Part shown: positions 41,225 through 54,230 of the stretch, piece after piece
Layout of the letters: the number at the start of each line of letters is the position of its first letter
Position numbering within the stretch: position 1 is the first letter of the stretch
NCBI GenBank assembly: GCA_963808715.1
Contig: CAWEHG010000014.1
Location: 9,844-73,843, forward strand
Reading direction: 5' to 3'
DNA: 64,000 bases
Origin: Ignavibacteriota bacterium
Lineage (GTDB): Bacteria > Bacteroidota > Ignavibacteria > UBA10030 > UBA6906
Notes under the pieces: generated by a model
Told to the model about the DNA's origin: nothing
Seen by the model: only the letters and a program-made list of their open reading frames with translations
Database searches by the model: none
Position numbers and translations under genes: made by a program

Positions 41225-43200
41225 GTGAACCCCTTCCAGGAGAACTTCTCCAACGCCAACCGTCCCCTCCAGATGGTCCACGTGATCGACGACTGGGCGG
41301 GGACGACCGAAGCGCAGATCCGTTCGAAGATCCGCCGCCTGATGGACGCCGGCCTCGGCGGCATCGTCGCAAACGTCAGCCTCAAGAACTACCTGCTCGA
41401 CGAGGAGGCATGGAGGGTGCTGCAGCTCGGCGTTCGGATCGCGCACGAGGAAGGGCTGCGGGTCTGGATCTACGACGAGGAAGGCTACCCCAGCGGCGCG
41501 GCGGGCGGGCGCGTACTGGAGCAGGCGCCGTCGGCCGAGGCTCAGGGGTTGATCCGAACGGCGGACGAGACGGGAAAGATCCGCTACCAGGTGATCACAC
41601 TCTATGAAGCCACCCACGCCACGGAAAACTTCTACAAGAAACGGCACTACATCAACATCCTCGACCCCCTGGCGACGAAGACCTTCCTCGACGTGACGCA
41701 CGAGCGGTACGCGCGCGTGCTCGACCCGATCGACCGGTACGTCGAGGCGTTCTTCACCGATGAGCCCTCGCTGATCAACGCCTACGTGCCCAAAGACCGG
41801 GAGTATCCGAAGACCCTCCCCTGGCACCCCCGCGTCCCCGAGGAGTTCTTGCGGCGCAAGGGGTACGATCTCCTCCCCCACCGCGAGAGTCTGTTCCTGG
41901 AGACGGGGCCGATCGACCGGAAGATCCGCTGCGATTTCTACGAGGTGATCGCCGACCTCTGCGCGGAGACCTACTTCGGGGGACTCCAGGAGTGGTGCCG
42001 GGAACATCGTGTCGCGTCGAGCGGTCACCTGCTCGGCGAGGAGACCATGGTATGGCAGACCGACTTCGACGGCGATCCGTTCGCCTGCTACCGGAAGTTC
42101 GACATCCCCGGGATCGACATGATCCTCTCGGACCCGGAGAAGATCCTGGCGAAGGACTACTTCATGGTCCCGAAGGTCGCCGGCTCGGCCGCCAGGCTCC
42201 AGGGCTCGCGCCGCCTCATGTGTGAGATCAGCGACTTCTTCGGGATGATGGAGAAGAAGCACGCGACGATCGAGCAGATGCAGTGCACCGCCGGGATCCT
42301 CTACTCCTGCGGCGTGACGGACCTCTGTTCCTACTACACCCTCTCCTTCGCCCCCGACGCGGAGGTGAAGCCGATGGAGTTCCCGGTCGCGCAGTACAGG
42401 CGGTGGACCGAATTCGCAACGCGCCTCAACGCCCTGTTCGCCGGAGGCACCATCCGGACCCGCGTCGCCGTGCTCTACCCTCTGGTGTCGTTGTGGGCCC
42501 ACTTCACGCCTTCAAACCGCTCGATGTACGAGCCGCATCCCAACGCGGACGTGCGCTTCCTCGATTCGGCGTTCACCGACCTCTGCCGCAGCCTGCTGCA
42601 GCAGCAGATCGATTTCGACATCGTGGACGAACGGAGTCTGTCATCGGCGAGGGTGGAGGGAAAGACGCTGGTGTCGGGCGACCGCCGCTACGAAGCATTG
42701 GTGCTCCCTCCCGCCGACACCGTACGTCTGGCGACGATGGAGACGATCACACGTTTTGCAGGGGCCGGCGGCGTCGTCCTTGCGCATCCGCTTCTTCCGA
42801 AGTACGCAGCGGAGGGACCGGAGTTTGACGCAACGATCCTTGCGGCGATCGGAAAGCTGCGCGCGACGGGGGCGCTGGGGGGATCGTCGCCGGGCAACGC
42901 TCCGATCGGCTATCTTCTTCGGTCCAGGATCTCCCCGGAGTGTGATCTCACTCCCTCATCGTCGCGCGTGCTCTGCACCGTGATCGACAAGGCCGAGGGG
43001 CAGGTCGTCCTCTTCGTGAACGTTTCCGCCGAACCGTACGACGGGATCTGCGCATTCCGCGCCGCGGGCAGACCCGTGCTGTACGATCCGGCGACCGGAG
43101 GGACACGAGTACGTTACACCCCGAACCGGTCACCGGCTCGCGAACAAGGGTCAAGTTGGCCCTTAAGCCGTTCGAGTCGGTGGCGGTGAGATTCCAATAA
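41225..43200 (+). CDS. putative cytoplasmic glycoside hydrolase-like protein (GH106-like / 'GH2 sugar-binding'-annotated type); one frame break
   Basis: AGGAG then GTG at 41225 and no signal peptide. WIYDEEGYPSGAAGG block. A shift near 43120 restores the typical ending ...LALKPFESVAVRFQ, with a stop at 43198-43200. Confidence 0.4.
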
Positions 43201-43460
43201 CCTCCAAAAGTGGGCGATTTTCGCCAATTTCTCGGCACTTTCTGAGAGGCGGACTCTTTTCTGGGGAATTCCCTTGGAATTGACCCGCAATTTTCCGATG
43301 TTGTTACAGCAAATAACAGTACACCGCTCGTCCTGCTGATGCCCCGTACGGATCCTTCCGAGGTCGCACCGTCATCAGACCGATGAAGCTGGAGAAGACG
43401 GCGTACACCATGCCCGCCGGTTGAGGCGGGTCGCGATCTCTACACGAAAGGACACGTTCC

Positions 43461-43679
43461 ATGGAAAAGGGAACTGTCAAGTGGTTCAATGCTTCAAAAG
43501 GATTCGGCTTCATCGCACGCAGCAGCGGTGAGGACGTTTTTGTTCACTTCAACGCCATCGTCGGTTCGGGCTACAAGACCTTGAACGACGGCGACACCGT
43601 CGAGTTCGAAGTGGAGAAGGGGCCGAAGGGCCTTGCGGCGGCGAACGTCACCGTGATCCAGTCGAACGCCAAGCAGTAA
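43461..43679 (+). CDS. cold-shock protein (CspA family)
   Basis: [15 protein letters not shown] (RNP-1) and VFVHF (RNP-2). Intact 72 aa. Confidence 0.95.
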   Translation: MEKGTVKWFNASKGFGFIARSSGEDVFVHFNAIVGSGYKTLNDGDTVEFEVEKGPKGLAAANVTVIQSNAKQ

Positions 43680-43695
43680 GGTGTTGATCTCATGC

Positions 43696-43730
43696 AAAAC
43701 CCCGCCCACAAGGCGGGGTTTTGTGTTTTG
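43696..43730. terminator. bidirectional rho-independent terminator
   Basis: AAAACCCCGCC-CACAA-GGCGGGGTTTT followed by GTGTTTTG. It lies between the convergent csp (stop 43679) and desaturase (stop 43776) genes. Confidence 0.7.
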
Positions 43731-43775
43731 TGGCGGTCGATACCGCTGTCCTGCCGCCGGCCGTGGCCGCACTCC

Positions 43776-44763
43776 TCAGCTCTTCAACGCGTGATACCCC
43801 GTCAGTTCCCGCTTTGCCTCGTCCCACAGATGTAGCCGAGCGCATCTGAAGCTGCCGAGAAGCGTCATGGGAGTGACCGCCTGCAGCGCAGGCGTGCTCC
43901 GATGGCAGCGTTCGAGAGCGTAGTTCGGGATCCGCTGCTGCACGTGATGGACGTGGTGAAACCCGATGCTCCCCGTGAACCACCGCAGGATCGACCGGCA
44001 GTCGATAGAACGAACTCCCCTCCATCGCCGCGCGGTTCCGGTCCCAGTCTTCGTGCCGGGCCCAGTAGACCCCCTTGAACTGGTGCTGGACATAGAACAG
44101 CCAGAGCCCCGCCCCCCCGGCGATCATCGTGATGGGGAGCTGGACCATGAAGTACGTCCCGAGCCCGATGGTCAGGCCCGCGACCACCACGATCGCCGCG
44201 ATCGCGAGGTCGGTGATCACCACGCTCCGGCGCTCCGGTGTCCGGTCATCCTTGTGGAAGTACCGCTGACCGATCAGGAACACGATCGGCGGACCCAGCA
44301 GGAGGATGGCGAAGGGATTCCGGATGATCCGGTAGAGTATCCGTTTCCCGCGCGGCGCGGCGCGGTATTCTTCGACCGTCAGGGTCCAGATGTCCCCCAC
44401 CCCCCGCCGATCGAGGTCTCCCACGGTCTCGTGATGCCTGGCGTGGGAGCGGCGCCACTGTTCGAACGGAGTGAATGTGAGAATTCCTGTTACGTATCCA
44501 AGGATCCTGTTCGCCTTCCGTGAAGCGAAGAACGACCCGTGGCAGCAATCGTGGAAGAGGATGAAGACCCGTACGTAGAAGGCGGCTGTCGGTACCGCCA
44601 CAGCCAGGACCAGCCAGTAGGAGAAGCCCTCCCGCACCAGAACGATCATGAGGGCGTACAGGGCGAGATACGGAAGAAGCGTATCCAGGATCTGCAGGAT
44701 CGCCCTTCTGCGATCTGGTCGCGCGTAGGTCTGCAGGGTTTCCTGGAGATCGGTAGGGTTCAT
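43776..44763 (-). CDS. membrane fatty-acid desaturase; one frame break
   Basis: ATG at 44763. His boxes HDCCH, HARHH and, after a shift near 43998, HHVHH. Confidence 0.8.
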
Positions 44764-45041
44764 GGCGCTGCCGGCAGGAGCCGTCTGATGTGGCGGATCT
44801 TTGCCTCCATTGTACGGACTCCCGGAAACAACGTCAATGGCGAAAGGAATATGGAATTTCTTCAATACTCACCAGAGCAAAGGATCGTCCACACAGCAAT
44901 GCCCGAAAAGAGGACCGATTCCAGCTGTTCCGGGGACCATCCCACCGGCTCTCTTCTGGCACCCCCCTTGTAACCCATCTGGAGAGCGCGACCAGCCCCG
45001 GCCGGAGGCCAGGGGGCCTTTGGACCATTGTGAGGAGCGAC

Positions 45042-46265
45042 ATGATTACGCCGACCCGTACATACGCCGTCGCCATCATAGCCTTTGCCCTGTTCGCCGG
45101 ATGCGCGAAGGATTCCGTCGTGGACCTCCCGCCGTCGGTCCCAGACCAGACGAACGGCCGCACGACCATCATCAATGACGAAGCCCGGCTGGCCGCCCGC
45201 ATGACCATTACCAGCGACGACGTGCCGGTCATCCCCTCCGGCACCGCGAAGCTTTCCTCGGCGTTCGCGTTGAAGCAGATCGCCCAGATCGCCTCACCCG
45301 TCGTGAAGGGCAGACGCTCCAGGCCACCGCGGTGGTCCTGTCGAACAAGTTCGCCTACGTCAGCTACAACATGGCGGGATCCGACTATCTCGGCGCGATC
45401 GACGTCATCCAGCTGAAGAGTTACGCCAACCCGTCCTTGAGATCGGAGGCGACATTCACCGACACCGACGTGAGCTGCGTCTGTGCGAACGACAGCTACG
45501 TCTATCTCGCGACCGCCACGGGGAATCCCGAATCCGAATCGCCTTCGGTGGTCGAGGCCATCGGCATCTCCGGCAACAAGCTGGATCCTCTCGAAGACCC
45601 TCCGCAGGGTCCTCAGCAGCTACGTTGCCACTTCCGTGTCGACGTACAACGGCAGGGTCTATGTCACCACCGGGAACACCGGCGGGCTGTACACCCTTTC
45701 AGCCAGCGCGCTCGAGATCGAGTCGTTCGTGCGACTTGACGATGCGCGATGGGTGGACACCGACGGCAAATCCTTCGCCGTGGCACAGGGCACGCCCGGC
45801 AGGATCACCCTCTTCGACCAGGCGGCCAAGAGCGGCCTCGGCACATTCCCCTTTAAGGGGGCGGGCATCGCGGAATCGAAGTCCACCGTGCGGGTCATCG
45901 GGGGGAAGGCGTTGATCGCCGCGGGAGACGGCGGCGTGCAGGTGATGAACCTGGCGGACGGAACGATCCTCGGGTCGATGCCGCGGATGGTGGTGCCCGG
46001 GCTCGATCCCGGGAGGTCCGTGACCAACGCGGTGGACGGTGCGCGGCGGCACCTCTTCATCTCCAACGGAGAGGCTGGGGTGTATGTGGCCGAGTCTTCC
46101 GCCACCCTGGAAGACCTCACGGGGAGTTCACTCATTACCCTGACGATGCTCGGGAAGCTGCAGTTCGACAAGCTGCAGTCGGTCAATCACGTGGCGTTCG
46201 ACGGTGAGTTCCTGGTGGTGGCGGCGGGACTGGGGGGAGTGAAGATCGTGGCGGTCAGCTACTGA
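45042..46265 (+). CDS. lipoprotein with beta-propeller (LVIVD-like) repeats (2 frame breaks)
   Basis: GAGGAG then ATG at 45042 and lipobox LFAGC. Pieces are track ORFs 44790-45416, 45332-45739 and 45483-46265. Repeats resemble GGVQVMNL and GGVKIVAV. Confidence 0.4.
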
Positions 46266-46292
46266 TCGCGGAGCAGAGAGCGGGGCAAACAG

Positions 46293-46321
46293 AAGGGCTC
46301 CGGGATATCCCCGGAGCCCTT
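46293..46321. terminator. bidirectional stem-loop between convergent genes
   Basis: AAGGGCTCCGGG-ATATC-CCCGGAGCCCTT, a perfect 12-bp stem. Confidence 0.55.
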
Positions 46322-46339
46322 GCATTACCCCAGCAGGAG

Positions 46340-46920
46340 TTACTTCTTGGCCTTTTCAGCGGCCATCTGGGCCGCGGTCCACGGCGGCACCACTCCCTGC
46401 ATACGCGCATAGGCGATGGACTGCCCGAGATGTTCATGCGCATGCGAAAGACCCACCATCAGCACGCTGCGCACCGTCATCTTCTGTCCGAAGAAATCCA
46501 CCGTGTTCTCCAGGCTCGCATCGGACATCGACCCGATGCCGCTCTTGAGAAATTCGAACGACTTCACGATCTGGTCGGCGACAACCTTTTTGTCCGTTGA
46601 CATCGTTTCCCACTTCTTCTCGTCTGCCGGCGAGTTGATCACAATTCCTTCCGGAAGCGTCACGCCCGCGAACTTGCCGAACAGGTAATTTCCGAAGGCA
46701 ATGTGCGAGTAGACCTCGATGCCCGAGCGCACTTCCTTGTTCGGACGCCACGTCAACTTCTTCTCCGGGATGGCGTTTTCGAGATCCAGGATCTGTTTCT
46801 GGACGTAGGAGAGCTGGCCGATCAGGTCAGCACGAAAGCCTTTCGTTTCCTCGCCAGGCCGGTCGTGAGAGAGGCCAGGAGCAGAAGACCAGATACGGCG
46901 GCAAAGAGAGAACGTTTCAT
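46340..46920 (-). CDS. DinB-family protein with signal peptide; one frame break
   Basis: GGAGGG then ATG at 46920 (MKRSLFAAVSGLLLLA). After a shift near 46875 the body reads ...YSHIAFGNYL...LSHAHEHLGQ. Confidence 0.65.
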
Positions 46921-46965
46921 ACAGACCCTCCAGGTATGTGTGTGAAGCGGGTGGATCGTTGAACA

Positions 46966-47753
46966 CTACTTTCGTAGAGCCTCTTCGAAGAGGTTCTTCA
47001 TCGCCAGCCACGAGCGGTGGTCGGCGTTCTCGTTGTAGGCCGCGCCCTTGCTGTTGTCCGTACCGGCGCGTTTGTCCGTGAAGCTGTGCACAGCACCGCT
47101 GTACTGCACCAGCTGCCAGTCCACGCCTGCTGCACGCATCTCTTCCATACAGGCCGTCACATCCGCCTGCTTCACATAGGGATCGTCCGCCCCGTGCAGG
47201 ATCAGCAGAACCTTTCCCTTGATATTCTTTGCATCCGAGCGACGTTCGGCGTAGCGAGCGAACCATGAAACGACACGACAGCCTTCACACGGAGCGCCGC
47301 TGCGCGCGAGTTCGAGGGAAGCTCCGCCGCCGAAGCAGTAGCCCATCACGCCGAGCTTCTCGGGGTCCACCATGGACTGACGGGCAAGCTCGTCCAGTCC
47401 CGCGCGCGCACGTGTGCGCAGGAGCTGGCGGTCCTGATCGTACTTCCCGGCCTCCGCAGAAGCCGACTTCGCGTCCTTCGGGCGGATCCCCTTCCCGTAG
47501 ATGTCCGCCGCCAGAGCGACGTACCCGAGGGCCGCTGAGCTGTTCGGCCCGCATCTTCGTGTACTCCGACGCACCCAGCCAATCATGGATGACCAGCACG
47601 CCGGGACGCTTTCCGGTCAGCGAGGGATCATAGGACAGGTACCCCTTGGAGGAGCACATCCCCGGATCGGTACTCCACCACTTCGGTCTTCACCTGTGCG
47701 AACGCCGACGCGGCGGCCGCAAGCCCTGCGAGGATCAGTGGAACCACTTTCAT
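46966..47753 (-). CDS. dienelactone hydrolase family protein, secreted (>=4 frame breaks)
   Basis: ATG at 47753 (MKVVPLILAGLAAAASAFAQ). GVLVIHDWLG, nucleophile elbow GYCFGGG and LILHGADDP. Breaks near 47650 and 47540, plus a compensated pair at 47289/47239. Confidence 0.75.
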
Positions 47754-47788
47754 CTGCGCTTCTCCTGGTGTGTGAATGAACGCTTCCG

Positions 47789-48924
<1,136 letters not shown>

Positions 48925-49121
48925 TCAGGGTGGATGACGATGCATTGACAACTTCATGCGGACGATCCTGACCTGCCTGGGATGCGCAATTCCCCCACCG
49001 ATACGTCACAAGGGAGCGAGGAAATAGGTTTCATGAACAGTTCCGTTGTTTGACTCCTTTCCCCAAAAGTCGTATCAACCCTTACGTTCTTTCACATCGA
49101 TGCCATCGCAGGGAGGGAATC

Positions 49122-49678
49122 ATGGATTTTCGTCCGAGGCTGTTGGAGCATCCGTTCTATCAGGCGTGGACCAAAGGCGAGCTGTCGGTCGAGCAGCTCG
49201 CCCGCTATCACCAGGGCTACGCCCGGTTCATCGAACGGTTTCCCTTCCTCTGGCGAACGGTCATCGATACATTTCTTCCCGGATGCCGCCGGAGACGCGG
49301 TGGTCAGGGACGAGCAGGACCACATCGAACTCTGGAGACTCTGGGGCTCCGCCCGTTCCTCCGACCGGTGACGCACCCGGCATGGAAAAGACCATCGCCG
49401 CCTTCGACGCCATGCCGCCTTCCTGCCTGCTCGGGGCCATCCACGCATTCGAACTCCAGCAGCCCGAGGTCGCTGCCACCAAAAAGGACGGGCTGCTGCT
49501 GCCACTACGGTTTCCGCCCGGACCAGCTAACATACTTCGACGGAACCTCAACGAAGAGAAGCACATCGCCTACGGACCTCGGGCTCCAAAACGGTTCGTG
49601 GATCCCAAGGAGTTTTCCGAAGGGGTCCGGAGCGGAGCGGCGCTCGTGTACGAGTCGCTTGACGAATTCGTCCGGTAG
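49122..49678 (+). CDS. TenA/PqqC/CADD-like heme-oxygenase-fold protein (>=2 frame breaks)
   Basis: GGGAGGG then ATG at 49122. HPFYQAWTKGELSVEQLARYHQGYARFIERFP is family-like. It continues in track ORF 49046-49678 (...AIHAFELQQPEVA...). Confidence 0.5.
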
Positions 49679-49732
49679 TCACCGCGACGGCCCGGGACGG
49701 GCGCCAATGGTGCAAGTGTGGAGGGGACTCTC

Positions 49733-50143
49733 ATGACAGCCAGCAGTGACGTTGGGGAGGGGGTCAGCCGGGCGACCGGCAAAGCAGATCGCGGTGGACT
49801 TTTCTCCACCTGGTCGTGGCGGGGCAGATCACGGAGGCGTACCGCAAATACGTGGACATGCAGGGGACCCATCATAGTCCGTTCTTCCGTGCGGGGTTCC
49901 CGGCATTGCAGGAGGCGATGGCCGCCGATCACACGAAGTTCCCGGGCAAGCGGATCACCGTCCGCAACGTGCTGGGCGACGGGCAGTTCGTGGCGGTGCC
50001 ATTCCCGGCTTGACTTCGGTGAGGACGAACGGGACTACGCGACCGTCCACATTTTCCGTTTTCATGGCGACCGGATCGTGGAACTGTGGGATCTGGCGCA
50101 GGCCGTGCCGCCGGAGGCCCCACGCGAGGATGGGATGTTCTAA
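49733..50143 (+). CDS. SnoaL-like / NTF2-family protein (2 frame breaks)
   Basis: The middle part lies in track ORF 49816-50013 (VAGQITEAYRKYVDMQGTHHSPFF) and the ends in 49718-50143 (...TVHIFRFHGDRIVELWD). Confidence 0.5.
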   Translation: MTASSDVGEGVSRATGKADRGGLFSTWSWRGRSRRRTANTWTCRGPIIVRSSVRGSRHCRRRWPPITRSSRASGSPSATCWATGSSWRCHSRLDFGEDERDYATVHIFRFHGDRIVELWDLAQAVPPEAPREDGMF

Positions 50144-50193
50144 GGCTGCAGCATCAGGAAGACGGCCCGGATGATCCTCCTGCAGATTCGAGC

Positions 50194-50682
50194 GTGAATG
50201 ACGGCGAGCTGCGCGAAGCCTTCCTTGATCACCTGCTCATGGACGCGCTGGCAATCCTCGGCGTCGACGAACCGCCGCGCTGGGGGGCGATGAGCGCGCA
50301 GCACGTGCTGGAACACCTCCGGTGGGCTATCGCCTGCTCCACCGGAACCCTTGAGGTTCCCTGCACCACCCCGCCGCACCTTCTGGAACAGGCCAAGCCC
50401 TTCCTGCACGACAACCGGCCGACACCGCACGAGTTCAAGAACCCACTCCTGGGAGATGATCCTCCACCGCTTCAGTACGCTGGCATCCAGGAGGCGGAGG
50501 ACGGCGCACTGGGAGAGGGGAGATCGCATCGTTCGTCCGGAAATTGGCGCGATCACCCCGAGACCGTCCATACCCACCCGCTCTTCGGTCCCCTCGACAT
50601 GGATGAATGGCAGAGGGTACACTTCAAGCACGGCTTTCACCACCTGATGCAATTCGGTCTGGTCGGCGATCCCGCACCCTGA
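50194..50682 (+). CDS. DinB_2/DUF1569-like protein
   Basis: GTG at 50194 is the first start after the upstream stop. C-terminal HPLFGPLDMDEWQRVHFKHGFHHLMQFGL is family-like. Confidence 0.55.
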   Translation: MNDGELREAFLDHLLMDALAILGVDEPPRWGAMSAQHVLEHLRWAIACSTGTLEVPCTTPPHLLEQAKPFLHDNRPTPHEFKNPLLGDDPPPLQYAGIQEAEDGALGEGRSHRSSGNWRDHPETVHTHPLFGPLDMDEWQRVHFKHGFHHLMQFGLVGDPAP

Positions 50683-50720
50683 CCAGCGCCACGACCCTGC
50701 CCAGCGAGCCGCAACGAACC

Positions 50721-51975
50721 ATGACCGCAACACCCCCAGATCGCATTCGTGAGCAGCTTCAACGGAATCTGTCCCCGGACAGAATCTCGGCGGATCCTGG
50801 CGACACTGATCCGCCTCCTCGGCGACTTCGACGTTGCCGAGGAGGGCTCTTCACGAAGCGTTCCGGGACCGCATTGGAAAAATGGCCGGCCGAGGGGATG
50901 CCCGCCAATCCCCACGCATGGCTCGTTTCCGCCGGACGCTTTCGCGCGATCGACGCACTGCGCCGGAACAGCAGGTTCGAATCCTTCGACGAGTCGCGCG
51001 TAGCTTCCGGACGATGGGGACCCCGGGGTGGACGCCGACGGGAGCATCGAGGACGACCGCCTCCGCCTGGTCTTCACCTGTTGTCATCCGGTGCTCAACT
51101 CCGACGCGCAGGTGGCACTGACCCTGCGCGAGGTGGGGTGTGGACTCGCCGCGGAAGAGATCGCCCGGGCGTTCCTGGTCCCCGCCGCCACCCTCGCACA
51201 ACGCATCGTGCGGGCAAAGGCGAAGATCCGGGAGGAAGGCGTTCCGTATCAGGTGCCAGAACACCAGGATCTCCCTCCGCGCCTGGACGCCGTCCTGCGT
51301 GTCGTCTATCTCGTCTACAACGGAAGGCTACGCCGCCTCGTCGGGACCTTCGCTCACCCGTCACGATCTCTCGGAAGAAGCCATTCGCCTCGGGGCGACT
51401 ACTTGTTGACTTGCTGACGGAACCGGAAGTGTTCGGCCTTCTGGGGCTGATGCTCCTTCAGGAATCGCGCCGCGCGGCCCGGGCACCTCGTCCGACGGAG
51501 AGATCGTGCTTCTCGAACAGCAGGACCGGTCTCTCTGGCGCCGTGACCTGATCGCCGAAGGGACGACACTCGTGGAGCGGGCGATGCGCTCGCAAGGTTT
51601 CGGATCCTATTCCATCCAGGCGGCAATCGCCTCGGTCCATGCGAAGGCGGTAACACCGGGGACGACAGACTGGGGACGGATCGTCGGGCTGTATGATCTG
51701 TTGCTGCGCCTGGAGCCCTCGCCCGTCGTTGAACTCAACCGCGCCGTTGCGGCCGCGATGCGCGACGGCCCGCAGGCCGGCCTGGAGATCATCGACACCC
51801 TGATCGACCGGGGTGCACTCGGCTCGTATCACCTCCTCCACTCAGCCCGGGCGGACCTCCTCCGGCGGCTGGGGAAGGCGGACGCTGCACGGGAATCCTA
51901 CTCAAAGCCCTGGATCTGGCCCGTCTGGAACCGGAAAGGCGCTTCCTTGAACGAAGGCTTCGGGAACTCGGTTGA
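50721..51975 (+). CDS. ECF-type sigma-70 factor with long C-terminal TPR-like extension (about 8 frame breaks)
   Basis: RILATLIRLLGDFDVAEE|ALHEAFR|TALEKWPAEGMPANPHAWL (region 2). LREVGCGLAAEEIARAFLVPAATLAQRIVRAKAKIRE (region 4). The C-terminal part is SIQAAIASVHA...LLHSARADLLRRLG. Restored stop at 51973-51975. Confidence 0.7.
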
Positions 51976-52061
51976 ATCTATTTTCCGGGCAGGTGTCGAT
52001 TCCATGCCCCGTCGTTCGACCATTGGAGAGGAGTATACTTCATCCATAGAGGAGGAACACC

Positions 52062-52475
52062 ATGAGATACATGATCCTGGTCAAGGCCAACAAGGAATCC
52101 GAGGCAGGGACGATGCCCAAGGAGGACCGGATGGCGGAAATGGCCGCATATCACGAAGAGCTGGCGAAGGCGGTATACTGATCGAGGGCTCCGGTCTCCA
52201 GCCGAGTTCGAAGGGGTGGCGGATACAGTATAAGGAAGGAAGCCGAACGGTGGTCGACGGCCCATTCGCGGAAACCAAGGAACTGGTGGCCGGCTATACT
52301 CTCATAAGGGCGAAATCGCGGCAGGAGGCTCTCGAGTGGACGAAACGCTCCCCAACCCCGCGGTCCGGGGGTGGATACGGAGATCGAGGTGCGACAGTTG
52401 TTTGAACTCGAGGATTTTGAGCAGAACATCGCCATCGAACGGTTCCGGAAACTGGACGAGGAGCGAAAACCATGA
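52062..52475 (+). CDS. YciI-family (DGPF-type) protein (>=2 frame breaks)
   Basis: GGAGGA then ATG at 52062. [14 protein letters not shown]...[17 protein letters not shown]. The restored stop TGA overlaps the next ATG (ATGA at 52472). Confidence 0.65.
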
Positions 52476-52861
52476 AATACGTCTGCCTGGGATACTACAA
52501 CGAAGCGGACTGGGAAGGCTCTGCCGAAGCCGAGCAAAACGCCTTCATAGACGCGTGCTTCGCCTATGACGACACACTCCGGAAGAACGGAAACTTCGCC
52601 GGAGGCGAGGCGCTGGATTCTCATCGAAATGCCGCAACCGTCCGATTCAAGGACGGCAAGGTGGTCGTGACGGACGGACCGTACGCGGAGACGAAGGAGC
52701 AGATCGGCGGGATCCTCATTCTGGAAGCGAGGGATCTGAACCACGCGATCCAGCTCATGTCGAAACACCCGGGGGTGCGGGGCGGACCGTTCGAGATCCG
52801 GCCGGTGGTCGACATGTCCGGGATGCTTGCCGAGAGTGAACGGAGGCGTTCCGGGAAATAG
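52472..52861 (+). CDS. YciI-family protein
   Basis: Intact 129 aa. MKYVCLGYY...[21 protein letters not shown]. Confidence 0.75.
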   Translation: MKYVCLGYYNEADWEGSAEAEQNAFIDACFAYDDTLRKNGNFAGGEALDSHRNAATVRFKDGKVVVTDGPYAETKEQIGGILILEARDLNHAIQLMSKHPGVRGGPFEIRPVVDMSGMLAESERRRSGK

Positions 52862-52872
52862 CCCGACGGCTC

Positions 52873-54230
52873 CTATCGCACGAGCATGAGTGCCCTTGTG
52901 ATGGAACGTTGGCCCGACCGGAGGCGGCAGACATAGAAACCGCTCGCCAGTCCCCGGGCCTCCCAGCTGACGCGCAATTCCCCCGGCCCGCGATATCCAT
53001 CATCCAGCACGGCCACTTCCCTGCCGAGAGGGTCATAGACCGCCAGGTGTACCCAGCCGGCACCTGACAGCTGAGCGCTGATCACCGTCGACGCATTGAA
53101 CGGGTTGGGATATGACCCCAGGGTCATCCCTTCCTCGCCTGTCTCCTGGTGCTGCGCTTCGACCCCCGTGGTGCCGAACACCCGGTTCAGACGCTTCCAG
53201 ATCTCCTCGTTGAGTGTGAACGGCACCATGGAGTTGTCCGGCGCGTCTCCCATCCTGATGAAGACCAGCTTCATGCTCGGAACCACATTGACGAACTGAC
53301 CGTTCTTCCCGAGCGCCGCGATCATGTCGTTCGGAGCCGACGGATTCATCGATCCGGGGAAGACCAACTGCGTTTGCGGAAGCATGTACGACGACTTGCC
53401 GTTGAGCCACCAGAGGTACCCGTAAGAGTGGTTCAACTGCTGCGACGTCGTGGTCATCGCGCGGAAGTACGCCGTATCAGAAAGCACCGGCGTGGTATTC
53501 CAGACGCCGCGGTTCAGGATCAACAGGCCGAACCGAGCCATGCTCCTGCCGGTACTGGCGAAAACGTTGTTGTAGCCGGACTTGAAGAAGAGCCCGGTCA
53601 TGCCGGTCTTCACGGCGATCCTTGTCTGAAAGAACTGGTTCAGTGTGACGCCGGTGGCCGAACGGACCACCGAATCCAGCAGCGTGTACGGCGCATTGTG
53701 ATAGGCCCAGCGCCCCCCCGGATCGGCTTTGTAGACCAGACAACTCTTGTCCGTGCAATACGGGTCGCCGACGCCGTCGTCCAGCCCTGTGGTCATCGTC
53801 AGTTGATGACGGATCGTGATCTTCTCTTCGTTGGCAGGCGGCGTGGAGGTCCATCCTTTCCCCAGCCACTTCGACGTGGTGTCGGAGATCTTCAGCGATC
53901 CCTCCTGTTGCGCGATCCCCACGAGCACCGAGGTCAGGGTCTTTCCGGCAGAGGCCCAGTACCAGGCGCTGTCTCTGGTGAATGCCCCGAAGTACTGCTC
54001 GATCGCGATCCTGCCGTCCTTCAGAAGGACAAAGGCCCGAGTATTCTGGGAAGCAAGGTAGTCGCGAAGGGAGTCAATGTAGCGGTATTCCAGCCCAGGG
54101 AAACCGGGAAGACGGTCTCCCACGTCGATCCAACGGTCGGCGGGAAGTAGAGCTGAGCGGCCGCCTGCCCGCTCAACACCATGGACACGCTCAGGAAGAG
54201 CACGAGATCGATGCCGGGATGTCGGATCAT
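52873..54230 (-). CDS. beta-lactamase-family serine hydrolase with T9SS C-terminal sorting domain; one frame break
   Basis: ATG at 54230 and a signal peptide. Shift near 54083 (LGWNTAT|IDSLRDYL). S-x-x-K (SAGK). C-terminal YPNPFNASTVI...LAVYDPLGREVAVL...GFYVCRL is T9SS-CTD-like. Confidence 0.75.

Noticed and set aside
50973-50984. GGTTCGAATCC, the canonical tRNA T-loop sequence.
   Set aside because: The flanks (GCAGG / CCTTC) cannot form a T-stem. No acceptor or anticodon arms are present, and the site lies inside the sigma-factor coding sequence (RNSRFESFDES).
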